Below, one piece after another: positions 44,195 through 61,446 of a stretch of 64,000 nucleotides of DNA. The notes beneath the pieces were generated by a model. That model saw only the letters and a list, made by a program, of their open reading frames with translations. It searched no databases and was not told where the DNA came from. This DNA is from the human T2T-CHM13v2.0 reference genome, Homo sapiens. The stretch is taken from the NCBI RefSeq assembly GCF_009914755.1, contig NC_060927.1; one strand, given 5' to 3'. The position numbers and the translations under genes are program-made. The first letter of the stretch is position 1, and the number at the start of each line of letters is the position of its first letter.

Positions 44195-44631
44195 CCTGGT
44201 GGTCCTGGTAGTTGCCTGGGAGGCATTTGGCTGGGCACTCTGCTCCTCGTGGATCATGTGTAAGACCTTGGCCTCTGAAGGCGTGATGCTGGGCTTGTTC
44301 TCCAGCCACCTCTTTACATCACCAAAGGACTCTAGCTCCTGCCGCAGCTTCGACCTCTGGCTCAGCCAGGTCTTCCTGTCCTCTGGCTGCTCTTGGATAT
44401 CTCTAGCTTCCAGAACTTTGAAGCTGGGGATGGGCTTTGGGGGAGCCTGAGGTTGGGATGCAGGATTAAGGGGCGTCTGATCCTCCTTGCGAGGCACCAT
44501 GATGATTCGCCGGCGGGTCTGAGGCAGGCGGAAGTCCTTCTGCTGGAACTGCTTGAAGCAGTGGGCAATGACCGGTTCAGGATCAAAGACGGGAGCATTT
44601 TCATTGATGGGAGTCTTAGACGGGCAGAGTC
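44195..44631 (-). CDS. EFCAB12: EFCAB12 exon 2
   Basis: aag|GA CTC TGC CCG...ACC AGG|gtgag encodes [28 protein letters not shown]...ATTRTTR; 437 nt. Confidence 0.9.
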
Positions 44632-46159
44632 CTTGGGGTAAGAGAGTTAAAAGATGAGTTTCTCTCTGGAAGAGGACTGAAAGGAGCCAGGAAGGAAAAA
44701 CACTTTTGCTCCAGGCTGGGCATCAGGGCCCTGGATCCCAGGCCAGGCTTTATCATTGTCTTGCTGTAATCGTAAGGATAATTTCATCTAATGTTACCGG
44801 GTGCTCCCAACAGCAGGCAGCAAGCTAAGGGCTCTATATGCTTTCTCTTATTTCATCTTCTCCATACCCAGCCCCCAACACCTCCCACTGGCAATCAGAA
44901 TGAACTTTTAAAGATGCCAGTCTGATCTTGTGTGATCATCTGAGGCAGCACAGTATTAAGAGCAGAGGCTTTGGGGCCAGAACGTTCTTCGGTCTGAGTC
45001 CTGGCCCTGCCACCTACTGGCTGCATGATCTTGAGCAAACCACCTAACTTCTCTGTCTCAACCTCCTCATTGGTAAAATGGGCATAATGATGGTAACCTA
45101 TTTTATCGGATGGGAGTGATGTTAAAATCAGTCAATTTATTAGAGTTGCTTTGTACATAATATATCTGCTATTATTGGTATATACTCACCATGCACTCAT
45201 TTTGAAGCCCTTCCATGACTTTTGATAACCTTAAAATGAAGTCCCGGGCCCCTCTTCTGTCAACCTGTCCCCCTAATCCCTTGCTTCTCTTCCCTTACTA
45301 TGTCCTGGATGCCTGGGCTTCTCTCTGTTTGCTGAGTGGTCCAAGCCTCATCCTGACTAGGGGTTGGCACGTGCTCCTCCCTCTAGCAGGAGTGCTCCCT
45401 CCCCATCCACACCCTGGGCACTCTTCCTTATCCTCCAGGTCCCATCTTTGCATCACAACCTGCACTTTCCTTCAGACCACTTATCACGACTGGGTACAAC
45501 AAGGGCTGAAAACTGGTGGCCCTCATGCTGAATGAGGGCTGAGGTCTTGTTTTGTTTGACAACTTGCTTGATATTTTTCAATCTGAGCTACTTTGGGCTG
45601 AGGCATTGCCCTCTCCAGCTTGCCACAGGCTCCCCCATTCCTTTTTGTCTCACAGGCAGCTCATTTTCTTTATTAAGTCCTCGGTTTGGGCAGCAATTTG
45701 CCTTTGAGACCCCTGGTGCAATTATTTGGTTCATGTTTATTTTTTCTAGTAGACTATGAGCTCCATGAAGACTGTAACCCTATCTCTCTTGTTCCTGACT
45801 GGAGCCCTGACACCTCCACAGTGTCTACATATAATGGGAACTCAGTAAATATTTGGTGAGTGAAAAATGGACAGACCTATGATGCTGGTACTATGATTAT
45901 GCCCATTTTGCAGATAAGGACATTGAGGCCTAGAGAGGCCCAAGGTCACTCAGTTGATTAGTAGCAGAGCTGAGACATGAACTTCAGTTTGTCTGGCCCC
46001 AGAGCTCGGCTCTTAGCTGTTACTTGATATTACCCAGGGCTGTCACCCAATCCTGCTGAGTCTCAAGTATTTTACTTCTGAAATGATATAAACTCTGCTC
46101 TATCTACCTCTTGAAGTTGTTATGAAGATCAAATGAGATAACAGTTTGGAAGTGTTCTA

Positions 46160-46470
<311 letters not shown>

Positions 46471-47090
46471 CAGAAGGGATATAACAATCTTATTGGAAAT
46501 ACTGTCACTGTCATTTTCCTCCTAAAACCCAAACTCCCTTGCTTAAAACCTGTCCATGGCTCCTAACTGCCTCTAGAGTAAAGTTCAAGCTCCTTAACCT
46601 GGCCCCACCTGGTCCTCTCACCCCTACCAGCCTCTCCGATTTCTCTGGCTCCTTCTGCCTTCCCTTACGTTTGTATCCAAACAGATCTGCCCCACCAACA
46701 CACACAAGCCATGCTGTTTCCTCCCCGTGACATGCTCTTCTCCCTCCCTGCTTCACTTCTTGATCCCTGACTCACCCTTTGAGACTCAGCTCAGGCATCC
46801 CGGCCCCTTGAAGCCCTCCCACTCCCCTTCTCATGGGCCCTCTGGGTCCCATAGCCCCCACACTTAGTCCCATCATAAGCATTTACCATATTTTTCTGAA
46901 ATGAAGATACTTTCTGCATCTTTCTTTCCCAACAGCCTGTGAGTTTCCCAGTGACCAGGACTGTGTCTTAGTTCCCCTGTGTCCTCGGTGCCCAGCCTGG
47001 CCCAAAGTGGACATTCAGTACATTTGTTAAGTCTCTTTACAAGGCCCATGTGTTCCTTTCATAGTCAGCAAATAATAAAAGTAAACATCA

Positions 47091-47462
47091 TGGTATGGTT
47101 TGCATCTGTGTCCTTGCCCAAATCTCATGTTAAATTGTAATCCCCATTGTTGGAGGAGGGGTCTAGTGGGAGGTGATTGGATCATGGGAGAGGACGTCCC
47201 CCTTGCTGTTCTCATGAGAGCGAGTGCTCACAAGATCTGGTTGTTCAAAAGCATAGCACCTCCCCCTGCTCTCACTTCCTCCTTCTTGGGTTATGTAAGA
47301 TGTGCCTGTCTTTGCCTTCTGCCATGATTGTAAGTTTCCTGAGGCCTCCCCAGCCATGTTTCCTGTACAGCCTGAGGAACTGTGAGTCAATTAAACCTCA
47401 TCTCTTTATAAATTACCTAGTCTCAGGTAGTTCTTTATAGCAATGCTAGAACAGATATTACA
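47091..47462 (+). mobile_element. MST-family MaLR solo LTR
   Basis: tggtatggtttg...attaca with a 5-bp TSD CATCA. Confidence 0.88.
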
Positions 47463-49043
47463 CATCAATAGGGATGGAAGCGAACACTTCTAAACAACAC
47501 ATGTATCATTACTTTGACCACAAGAAAGTTCATTCCCAGCAGGGGATGACTGAGAATGTAGTCATTCATCAAATCAGTATCTATTGAGAATCCCCCAGGG
47601 CTTGGTGCTGAACCAGGTGCAGATTAAACTAGGCTGGGCACCTACCATGGTTCACCTGTTCTCAGTCCACCCAATGGAACAAGGTGGGGCACTCAGAGGG
47701 TAACAAGATGTTCTCAGTTGGGGGAGAAATGCTGACTGTGGGACCTGGGAGGGCATCAAGGAAGAGGTGTCTTTGATGTGGACCTTCAAGAATGGTCTGG
47801 CTTCATGGGGTGGAGGGGCAGGGATGGGGAAAGGTCAGGAGTGGGATTTGGGGATTTTAGGGTCACCAGACAGTTCCACATGTTGGAAGCCCACTGTGTG
47901 TAAAGGAGGAGGTTAGTGGGAAATAAGGTTGGCGTCATCTCAAATGCCAGGCTAAGAGATTGAAACTTTACCCTGCAGGCCACGGGAACACAAAACCTGC
48001 TCCCCACAGGTCTTGCTGCTCCCATTTGGGTCCTCCCTAGACCCCCAATCCATGTTCTGCCCTCAGCCAGGAGAGCCTTACAAATGTAAATTCACAGTCT
48101 GTCCCTTCCCCATTTGAAACCATTCAATGGATTCTTAGTGCTCTTTGAATAAATACCCGCCTCCTTCTGTGGCCTACAAAGCTGCCTTCACTGGCCCTGC
48201 TCCCCACTCTTCCCTTGTCACCTCCCAGCCCCCGCCCCCTCACTCATGTGGTCCCAGCTGCTGTCCTCCTTTCTGTTGTCTGAGGTGCCTTGTTCCTTCC
48301 TGGCTCTGGGTTTTCAGTTTTTGCATTTGCTGTGCCCTCTGAAGAGCACTGCATTCCCCAGGGCTTCCCCTGGCCGAGTCATTCTCCTCACAGTTCTAAA
48401 CCTGCACCAGCCCCTGACCCCACTTTCCAAGGGTGCCTGCCCACCAAACCTCCTCAGGGAGCTTCATTCTAGTGCTCTTTGGAGTCCTGTGTCCATTGAC
48501 AGAAAGGGAAATGGGCTCTTATAATAAAAGAGGCTGTCATTGTGTAGTTATGGGTAGAGACTATGTGACAATGTTCCTAGGAAATTGGCAAGGAAAGCTC
48601 TCAGACGCCAGCTAGTTCAATCACCTGCCCAGGTCAGGGACACTCTCCTCAATGCCACTGGCAGACTTTGCCTCTGTTTATACATCTCCTGTGACGTGGA
48701 ACTTTCTACTTAACATGGTGGACACTAAACTCTGACTGCTAGAAAATATTTCCTTATATTGACCCAGAATTTGTTTCCCTGGACTTTCTACCCTTTGGTT
48801 CTAGTCCTCCCCATGGATGTCCCAGAAAACACACTTGTTCTCTCTTTTCTCAGACAGCCTATAGGTGTCTGGAAACAATTCTACTCTTTCTTGAAATTCT
48901 CCCTGCTCTTGGCTTGATTCAATCTCTTGCTATGTCCAATTCTACCTCTCCGGCTATTGTTTTTGGGCCCCTCTTTTCCTGATTACTCCTTAAAGGTTGT
49001 TGCTTCCAGGCTTATACCCAGGGTCTCTTCTCTTTTTAAATAA

Positions 49044-50116
<1,073 letters not shown>

Positions 50117-51189
50117 ACTGACAAGGATCTTAAACTCAACCAACCAAGACTGGATTTGTCTTTGTGCCCCTTCCCCCACTAACTGGGTCCTGTGAGTACG
50201 TTCTCTATCTCTGTGGAAGACATCTCCATCTACCAGGTCCCCCAGCTGCCAACTTGAGAACCATCTTTATTTGCCTCTTCTGTGTTTCCTGACCAACCAG
50301 CCCCCAAGTCCCGTAGTTCCCTCTAGCCTGGGCCTTCTCCCTCACCTCCCAGCATCTTTAGCTTGGGCATTTGACCAGAGCCCTGACCTGTGTGCCTGGG
50401 AAAGGTGGCCAGCCTCTCCAGCTCTCCCTGTTTCTACACTGGGCATTAATGTGTTCAGTGCTGGAGAAGCGGCATGGAGAAGACCTTCAGTCTTCAAGCT
50501 TTATAGCCCCCAGCTCTCATCTCCCCACACCAACATTCTGAGTCTGCCAACTCAGTCTCAGGTCTTTTCTGACTGCTCCCAATCCAGTCCTGCCACTCCC
50601 AGTGGCCTCTCCATCTCCTGGCTTGCAGGATCTTTTATGATCTTGTCCCTTCTGACCTCTCTCACCTCATTTCCAGAGACACCAGACCTCTTGGGTCATG
50701 CTGTTTCCTTGCCCGAAATGCTTTTCCTTCCCCTTTTGGCTTGGAGAACTCCTTTTTATCCTTTAAGCTCCAGTGTAAAGATCTTTTCCAAAAGCTTGGA
50801 ACTGTTCCTCCCCATCCCATACCCTCAGCACACCTTTTACTCCTGGGTGTCATCCCTGGGCCCGGCATTCACCCCTTCTTATTCTGTAATTATCCATTTA
50901 TCTCTGTCCTTTACCCGTGAAGCTGCATTGCTTTGCCAAGAACTTGGTCCCCAGCACATTACTGCCAAAACCTTGAAGACTGACGTCTTCTCCATGCCTC
51001 TCCTCCAGTACTGAATACATTAATGTCCTGCAGAGAAACAGGGCGAGCTGGAGGGCTCCCGTCACATGGGTCGGGCCTCTGGTTCCTCCAACTAGGCTCA
51101 GATAGAAATCTCAGAAATGTACATGACCTGCCCCCGACTCCATGGCAACCCTTCACCCAGAGGGGGTCGGCACAATATCTGTGGCTGAG

Positions 51190-51650
51190 TTTTTGCCCTC
51201 ACCCCACTTTCACGCGTCCTTAGGGCGCTGAGCGCTCCCTGCAGACGCTTCTTCCCGGGGCTTACCGAGCAGCGACAAGAACAGACTGTGGTACGCTTCA
51301 TAGTCGTCGTCCATGGTCGTGGTGCTGGGAGGGGGTGCTGAAGGGCGTGTGTGAATGTGTGTCGATGTGGGCTTGCTTGCGTAGGGGTACCGGGGTATCA
51401 GATAAACCGTAACTCCAAGTCGTGCGAAAGGCGCTCAGCTCAGACTGCAGAAGCAACCTGTTGCCGTGGCTACGGACGCCCCGCGCCAATTGGCTGAGCG
51501 CTGTCACGTGTTAAGAGCGAGCCCGCCCTGCCGAGCGCCTGCTGGCCCCACCTCGTTTTCGTCCAATTCTGGGAGGGGCAGCGAGCAAATCCACGCCGCG
51601 CCCAGTTCTGGGCTTGGTGAAAGGCGGGATTTCTTTGTTCGGCCCAGTAG
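51190..51650 (-). promoter_or_regulatory. EFCAB12 CpG-island promoter with RFX X-box, double CCAAT and E-box
   Basis: CpG-rich; GTAGCCACGGCAAC on - (51473-51460); gccaattggc at 51486-51495; gtcacgtg at 51503-51510. Confidence 0.75.
51266..51314 (-). CDS. EFCAB12: EFCAB12 exon 1, coding part (start codon)
   Basis: accATGG Kozak context; ATG GAC GAC GAC TAT...CTC G|gtaag encodes MDDDYEAYHSLFLSLL. Confidence 0.9.
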
Positions 51651-51889
51651 TCCCTGAATCCAGTGTAGAAAGTCTCCGGTTTTCCCGTGAAATGTGGGAT
51701 CTTCCGCAGGTCTCCATATCTCTAGGCCTCAGTTTTCTCATAGGAAAAATAGGCCCTGCCTCCTCCAGAGGGTTAGGAAGAACCAAAGTGAGCTGTGGCC
51801 AGATAGAGGTGTTGGGTATGTTCTGCCCCGCTTATGGCAGGGTGCCATGGTTTGGAGTTACAGAACCTGAGGACCAGAGAATAATAATA

Positions 51890-52290
51890 AACCCTTGAAA
51901 TGTGCATCAACTGATAAGCAAAATGAGGTATATCCATAGGATGGCCATAAGAAGGAATGAAGTACATGCTACAATATGGATAAACCTTCAAAACAGTATG
52001 CTAAGCAAGAAGCTAGACACAAAAGGCCACGTGCTGTATGATTCCATTTATGTGAAATGTTCAGCATAGACGAACCCACAGACACGGAAAGTAGATGAAT
52101 GGTTGCTAGGGGATGGGGTGAGTAATTGAAGTGACTGCTAACAGGTGGAGAGATTCTTTTTGGAGTGGAAAAAAGAAATGGAAACTTCTGGAATTAGTGA
52201 TGATGGCTGCACACTGTAAATGTACTAAACCACTGAACTGTACACTTTAAAATGGTTAAATGGTGGCTTTTAGCTCAATTTTTAAAAAGT
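51890..52290 (+). mobile_element. Old L1 (L1M) 3'-end fragment
   Basis: ggatggccataagaaggaatgaagtac...atgattccatttatgtgaaatg...tgtacactttaaaatgg. Confidence 0.75.
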
Positions 52291-53247
52291 TAAAGAGAAA
52301 CACCTGAGCCCTTATTCCTTTGCTGAGACAAGCTATCTTTGTGACGCTTGCAAACTGAGATTGTTGCCATGGGCCACATTCACACAGCACTCTTGCAAGC
52401 CAGGTACCATTTTAGCACTACATGTCTGAACTTCATAATTACCATCATTGTGTGAGGTAGACACCACTATCCCATTTTTAAAAGACAAGTTAACAGGTAC
52501 AGAGGTCAGGCAACCTCACCTGCAAGAAACAGGAAAAGCCAGGCCTAGAGCCTGAGCAACCTGGCTGTGTCCTGAGCTCCCCTGGTGCAGAGCTCGCCTC
52601 CTGCATTCACACGGGCCCACACTCCCCATGGAGATGCTGGGGGAAGGTATGTGACCACCAGCCCTACCACAAAGCCACACCTGATGCCCTGAGCTTGGTG
52701 AGCTCGCCCCACCCTCCAGGCCCAGCTGGGCCCAAGGTTTCAGAGGCCCCTCTCCACCCTCTTTGGGTGTCTTGTCCCTACTCCTTACCGCTTTTGTTCC
52801 CTTCCATTATTAGGTGCCCTTCTTTCTCTCTGTGAGGGTCTGTACAGAACTTGTTTATCTTTGTGCCCCTCCCCACCACAGGGCTTTACACTTTGTGAAT
52901 GCTACTTGGATGTTTGTTAAATGAAAATGTGATGGTAAACTATAAAGTGGATGTTTGCCTTGGGGAGAGGGAGGTGTGGCCAGTTTTCCTGTTCTCTGGT
53001 CAAAATCCATCCTTCTAAAAACTGACACTCACTAAAGTGGAAACAACCAACTACCTCTGCATCACACTGCAGCCTGATTCGGTTCACACTGCCCTACAAC
53101 AAAGGCAGTTTCCTGAACAACTGATTTTTCATTTATTCAATCAATTTAATTTTCAAATTATACCTTAAAATGGTAGTTGGTAATTAAGACATAGTAACTA
53201 GTTTTTTCCCTTGGTTTCTTTCTAATAGTAAATGCTTTGGTAGTTGA

Positions 53248-53578
<331 letters not shown>

Positions 53579-53791
53579 AAATGGTATAAACTCCAAATGG
53601 AAGATGAGAAATGAGTTTTCACAAAGGGACCAAGGTAAAAGAGTGAGTGAGCTGAAATGGAGCAGCAGGCCCATATTCACATTAGGTTATCAAATGGATA
53701 CTGGGGTGGAATCTACAATTCCTAAGAGCTAGTGTGGAGCTGTCAACAATACACAATGCCAGAGGAATCTTATTTGTCTTTGGGGTCAGCT

Positions 53792-53803
53792 TTTATTTTT
53801 ATT
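53792..53803 (-). terminator. Candidate distal MBD4 poly(A) signals (2x AATAAA) in an Alu tail
   Basis: tttatt at 53792-53797 and 53798-53803, with GU-rich cattgtgtattgttg downstream on -; a proximal AATAAA is also present at 54120-54125. Confidence 0.6.
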
Positions 53804-54326
53804 TTTTAAATATATATTTTTTGAGACAGGGTCTCTCTCTGTCATCCAGACTGGAGTGCAGTGGCATGATCATGGCTCAGTGAAGCCTTGACCTCCTGGG
53901 CCCTCATGAGCTCAAATGATCCTCCTGCCTCAGCCTTCCGAGATTACAGGCATGCACCACCACGCCTAGCCGATAAAAATATTTAGTGGGCCCCTAGCTT
54001 TAGCAAGGCTGATAGAAATTTGCTTTGTATTATTGATAGTTTAGAACTATTTTTCATCTTCTGATTATATTTCATCATTGGAAAAGCCGTATTTTTTTTG
54101 GATTGTTGTCAAATAATAATTTATTTTAAAAAAATCTCAAAACATGTTCAAACACATTCAGTAGCAAAGATCCACCATTGGCACACACATTAAGAAAGCA
54201 CACACACTAGGCTTCTAGTTGGGCTAATTAAAATCTCTATGGCTGGAAAGGTGGTTGGTTGTACTTAATTAAGCTTTTTTGAAGTGCAAAGCTATGCATA
54301 ACAGATGAGCTTGAAAGCTGCAGAGT

Positions 54327-54404
54327 TTAAGATAGACTTAATTTTTCATGATTTTCCCAAAGCCAGTCATGATATTTATTTAATTTGTGGTCTTCAGGGT
54401 GCAC
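54327..54404 (-). CDS. MBD4: MBD4 exon 8 (ends at TAA)
   Basis: cag|GTGCACCCT encodes [25 protein letters not shown]; the eight exons sum to 1743 nt = 580 aa plus stop. Confidence 0.95.
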   Translation of the reverse strand: MHPEDHKLNKYHDWLWENHEKLSLS

Positions 54405-55277
54405 CTGGAAGAAACATAAGATACAGAGGCAGAGACCTTAATGTAACTTAGTCAGAAATACATTTTTTAAAATTGGCTTTTTAAATGTTTGCTGGGGGAC
54501 AGTACATTACGATACCATACCTAAAAGTTATAACCTTTAACCTCCTGGGATTCATGAATATTTTAAGTTATACCTTCTATTAAGGTAATCTCACACAATT
54601 TACAAGGTACTGTCCAAATTACTACTCAACCATGACTTAGAATGTGGGGTGGCGATAACATGAGTCAAGTATTAATACCTCACTTTCCAGAAGGAGGTTC
54701 TAGACCGAGAGGTTAAATGGATTCTCAGGTCACAATGGATTGCTCTGATGAAGCTGGGATAGGACCATGGTCCTTCAGTTCAGGCTTGGCCAGACCTACT
54801 GGCTGAATGCATGAGGGTGAGTCTCAAGCTGAGTGGGCAGCATACCAGGCCACCCACCAGCTGCCAGGATGACCACCAGCATGCCACAGGCTGGGCATAT
54901 TCAACAGGGCTGAAGCAGGACCCAGTCACCACAAACGTAGTCTGAGACCACTAAGAGAAACCCAATATGCATACATTGCAGGCCCAAACCTTCCTGCTTT
55001 CCTGTAGTGGTGTACTTTTGACAGGAGGAAAACCACGTCAGGCTTAGAGATAGCACACAAATAGGGAATGACAGGAACAGGGCCAGAGGTGACAAACCAC
55101 TGGAGATGAGTCAGAGGCCACGCCGCTGGACTGGTCTTTGTGGACTTGGGAGCGCCTACTGATCAAAAACCCCAAAACCCACATGCCACCCGCTTCCCCG
55201 CAGCCAGGAACACAATTGTTTGTGACTGTAATAGCATTTGTATCCAATAAATAGTCTTAACCATAATGGTGGACTTA

Positions 55278-55454
<177 letters not shown>

Positions 55455-55923
55455 TTATCAGGTCAGCTTCTAAAGACACCCTCCCAAAATGTGTGGTGAT
55501 GGGGCAGGATGGAGAGAACAGCAGAAAGGGACAGGAAAGGCTCTTTCCCAGCAACCCCAGTTGTGATTACTCTTCCTTCTGAATTCCTGCAGCACCCATA
55601 TCATTTGCCAATTCCTAACCACTCTTTTGTGCTGTGCTAACAAGACAGAGGTCATGTCCTTGAGGTCAAGAACTGGGCTTTCTGCTTCACTGACTTCTTC
55701 CCCTAATTCTGCCCACATGCCTGACCCAGTGCTGGGCAAAGATTTATTGTTTAGGTCAGTGGGAGACTGTGGTTTGGGGAAAGTGGACTTTTTTAAATGC
55801 CTTGGGTGCTTGAGCTGAAAAACCTCCATTAATATAGTATCTGAGAACATTAAAGTTTAAGGTGTGGCTCTCTTAAATAAGCACAATGTATTATGTTTTT
55901 CCTTTGGGTATATAGGAAAATAC

Positions 55924-56073
55924 CTGAGAACTTGACAATGGTTTTTGCCCGAAGATCGTAGAGACCAAGAGGTTTAAGAAGTTCTGACACATCTCTCCAG
56001 TCTGCGGTTCTTGCTACCTCAGCTGAAGGATACTTCTCCAGAAACTTCCAAAGCACAGGTATTGCCATTTTAC
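55924..56073 (-). CDS. MBD4: MBD4 exon 6
   Basis: [49 protein letters not shown]; 150 nt. Confidence 0.95.
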
Positions 56074-56631
56074 CTGGGAAGTAAAAGTAACTGAATGATT
56101 ACAAGACTCCAGGTGGGCTGATTTCACGTTCAAGTAGTTTCTCATAGAAATCTCATCCAGAGGGTTTTTTTTTTTAAAGAAAACAAAAAACAAAAAAACA
56201 CTGGTGAGAAGCCATTATCTGAACCAGCAACCACTTTCAGAATCAAATGCCAAAACTGCTAATATATTGGGCTAATAGTCCAAATTATGCTGAAAACTGG
56301 CCTTGCATGATTAGCTTTTAAATGATCAGATCAGCAGATAATGAGAGTAGAAGCATATAGAACACAAGGTACATTCAGTGAAAAAGATACTTTTAAACAC
56401 ACATGAAAGAGGGTGGAGAAACGTTAACTGATTTTCACTGATGATCAAAAAGAATTTGGAAGTATAAAATAAATAAAATCTACCTCTTTATTCTAAAAGG
56501 TCTGTTGGATGTCATCCAGTCTCATTTCCTCATAGGTGAAGAGTTTAAGGGTGAAGGGGGAATGCCTTATCCCAGGTGACACACTCAAAATGGACTTTGA
56601 ACCCAGGCCTCAATTCAGTGCTTTCTCCCTA

Positions 56632-56853
<222 letters not shown>

Positions 56854-56887
56854 TTAGAATTTGCTGTTCTGATTGGGAAAGGGATAC

Positions 56888-56962
56888 CTTCTTTGTTATA
56901 TTTGCTGGAAAAATACAGGCTTGTTTTCCTTCTTTCTATCTGTGTTCGTGGGATGGTATCTT
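56888..56962 (-). CDS. MBD4: MBD4 exon 4
   Basis: [24 protein letters not shown]; 75 nt; ag/gt borders. Confidence 0.93.
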
Positions 56963-59233
56963 CTGAAAAGGAAAAGTAAACACTTTATGGAGTCTATGGT
57001 TTAGCTTAAAGCAATATTCAGGGATGCAAATAATAATATCAACACTATTACAAAGCATGCCAGGCACTATTCTAAGCCCTTTACATAAATACCCAATTAA
57101 TCTAACTAATGACCCATGAACTTGGTACTATTTTTATCTCCACTTTACAGATAAGGACATTGAGGCACAGAGAAGCTAAGTAACTTGCTCAAGATCACAC
57201 AGATACTAAGTGTCCCAGCTAAAATTCAAATCCAGACAGTCTGGCTCCTGAGTCCTCACCTTTAACCACTCTGTGACACTAGTTCTTTATGACTTATGTT
57301 CAGAGTTTATAGTATTGAAAAATTAAAGGCAGTATGGAATATTTTAAATTACGATGCATTTGTATAATGTGGTCATTAAAGTATTTTTTAGACTATTGTG
57401 AATATTTTCCTATTAACTTCTAAATGAAAAAGCAAGAGTCTACATATGATCCCAATTTTATAAAAAAGGGGAAACATATATAAATAACAATACAGAAGTT
57501 AAGAATGAAATAAGCCAAAATGATATAATGGTTGTTGCCAAGTGCTAATTTTTCTTTCCTTCTTTACTTTTCTGTATTTTCCAAAATTTCTGCAGTGAAC
57601 ACTTACTTTTACGCTTACCAAAAAAAGGGATACAGACAAAACAGAATCTGCAGAAAAACCTACAATTTGAACCCTAGAACACCTGAGACAACTACCTATT
57701 GAGAACCTCTATCTATTGGGAACCAGTGTTATCAGACTTCTCAAATTTCTAAAATCACATGTAATACTCCTTAACCATACCCTCGCAATTTGAATATCAG
57801 TTAATAATACCTTGCATTTGTATAGCATCTTTTTCACTTCTCATTTTACAATATTTTTGATGTGAAAAACAGGACTAGTCAGGATGGTTACCTCTATTTT
57901 ACAGATGAAGAAAGTGAAGCTTCTAAATGAAGCAATCATCCCAAAATGATACTGGGATTGACTATAAACTGGAACAAGTATCCAGGTCTCCAGATAATTA
58001 GACTACTGTTTTTTCGCTATTTTAGTTTGAGTAGGTAAAGCCCAGTAGAGAGTAAAAAAAAAAAAGAACAAAGGAAACTGCTCTGACTGCTCTGATTTGA
58101 CAACTTTTTCTGTGGGCTCCTATGAATAATTACTAGTCTCCTTTATGCCAGGTTTACTTGGCAATTTCTAGCTAAGCCAATGGGTGTCTTCACTATTTCA
58201 TGGACACCTCGTACTAAGAGTACTTCATCTCATGTTGAGAACTAGACTCTTACCACAAAAAAAAGTTTTTAATATTTGCCCATTTTGCTAGCAATAAATC
58301 TACATAAACCTCAAAGCTTTCTTCAAGAAGCTCAGTGTCTAGGACACAGACTTGAAGAATTCTTATGCAGTTCCTAGGTATATATGGCCATCTTGTGTTA
58401 AAGGCAGAGAAACTCCAGGCACAGAAAAGACATAAAATCATGGGTAGAACTGGGAACAAGAATCAAACCTAATCTCCTGCTTCACAAATTTCTCCAGGCT
58501 GTTTCCCCACAGGAGTTTAAGTAAAATTATTATTCTTTAAAGGAGTTATTCATTATACCATAATGGCATAATGAATAACTAATACAGGGCTGCTCAAAAG
58601 GTCTCCCTTTTATCTCTTATTCACTGAGGTATTATAAAGACAAAACTGCTAAGTTCTGAATTCTGTATTAAGAGCATATTACAAATAATAGATGAACTAT
58701 GTGATTATACTTTTGAATTATTTAGAGCTCTAAAGCATTTTAGAGAAGCATTACATTAAAATAGAAGATAAAAATGACTATGATATATACAAAATTAAAT
58801 TGGAAGTCACACTTAGTAGTAAGTATCAGGAGGGGTGTGAAGACACCAACTATTCTCCACTCATTTATGTATATAAGAAGCCTTCCCTAAATTTTTCACA
58901 AGTGAAGGCTTTTAATTTTCCTTCAAGTTTTAAGATTACTGGCTTGAAAGAGGATGGGAAGAAGGGAAAGCACTGCTGAGGAGGAGAGTCCCAGCTGCTG
59001 CACCAGGGAGAGACGATGGCAGCTGTTAATAGTAATACTCTCCTTTGCCATGGCATCACGACAGCAGTCAGCCGATTTTCTCTCTGCCATAGGAAACTGC
59101 TTGAATATCAGTTTAAGATAAAGTATTAGGATCAACTGGTATCTCATATTTGGCCCTATTTCTTGGCTCTATTTTCACATCTTAACCATGTATGGGCACG
59201 AATACAAGATGCAGCATTATAAATTTCTCATCA

Positions 59234-60184
<951 letters not shown>

Positions 60185-60544
60185 TTAAAAGAACTGGACC
60201 ACATTTCAGATTTCTAATTAATTTCCAAATGTTGCCATAGGTATCTGTCATTTAAAAATGAAAAAGAGTGATAAATGGCACTTTTAAATGGTTTCCTCTA
60301 TGACAATATAAATTTATAAATATAACTAAAATGCAACCTACCCGTTAACCATTCACAGAAGGAGGGACAAAATGTATGTAATTTTCCCCAAATCACTTGA
60401 TGTAATTAATAGCAACATTGAAAGAATAGAATCTGCAATGGTTTTATGGTAAAAATATAAAGAAGCTAAGATTCCTGCTATGCTCCCACTACCTGCCCAG
60501 ACAAAATCATTTGGCTGTGCTATCTTTACCATCTTATATGCTTA

Positions 60545-60799
<255 letters not shown>

Positions 60800-61446
60800 T
60801 TAACTTATTTAAAATTTATCTTCCACTGCCTACTCAGTTTTAATCCATGACAATGCAGGAACCACATAGATTATCCATATTAAAATGAGGGAGATTAAAG
60901 TCAGTGTGGACCAGTCTTGTGCTATGGGAGTATTTTCCTGTCTTCCAAAAGCTTCCCATATCCTCTAGCACAGGTTAAAAGGTGTTGGAAATCTCTGCAC
61001 AACAAAAAAGTCAAGCTAGAAACTTTTCGGATTAATCACTGAGTAGGGCTATTATAAAGATTTCTGGGGGCACTTACCATAAATTTGAGAATATGAACCA
61101 ATAGCTAAGCTCTTAAGCACCAGAAAATGCTTAAATAAATCAGTGAGTTACACTGTCTTCTCTGCAAATAAATGAGGTAAAAGTTTTACATAATGTAAAA
61201 TTTCTGGGAGAGAGTGTGTATCACTTTCATCAGATGTAATCCTCCAGAAGGTAAATAATTTGATACAGAATTTTTGAATCTTCTTCATTCTTGATCCTCA
61301 TGGTAACCTTGTAGGTACAATAAGGTTTACTCTCAATTTATTGATAAAATTGAGTGACAGGTTAAATTACTTGCAGAACAGACACGAGAACCCAAGTCTA
61401 CCAAATCTTGGTCTAATACTTCTCCCCCATACTGTTATTGAAAAAA

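Noticed and set aside
50271-51014. 247-aa ORF antisense in EFCAB12 intron 1
   Set aside because: Starts at TTG rather than ATG, is low-complexity Ser/Pro/Leu from pyrimidine-rich old-repeat-like DNA, and has no domain signature
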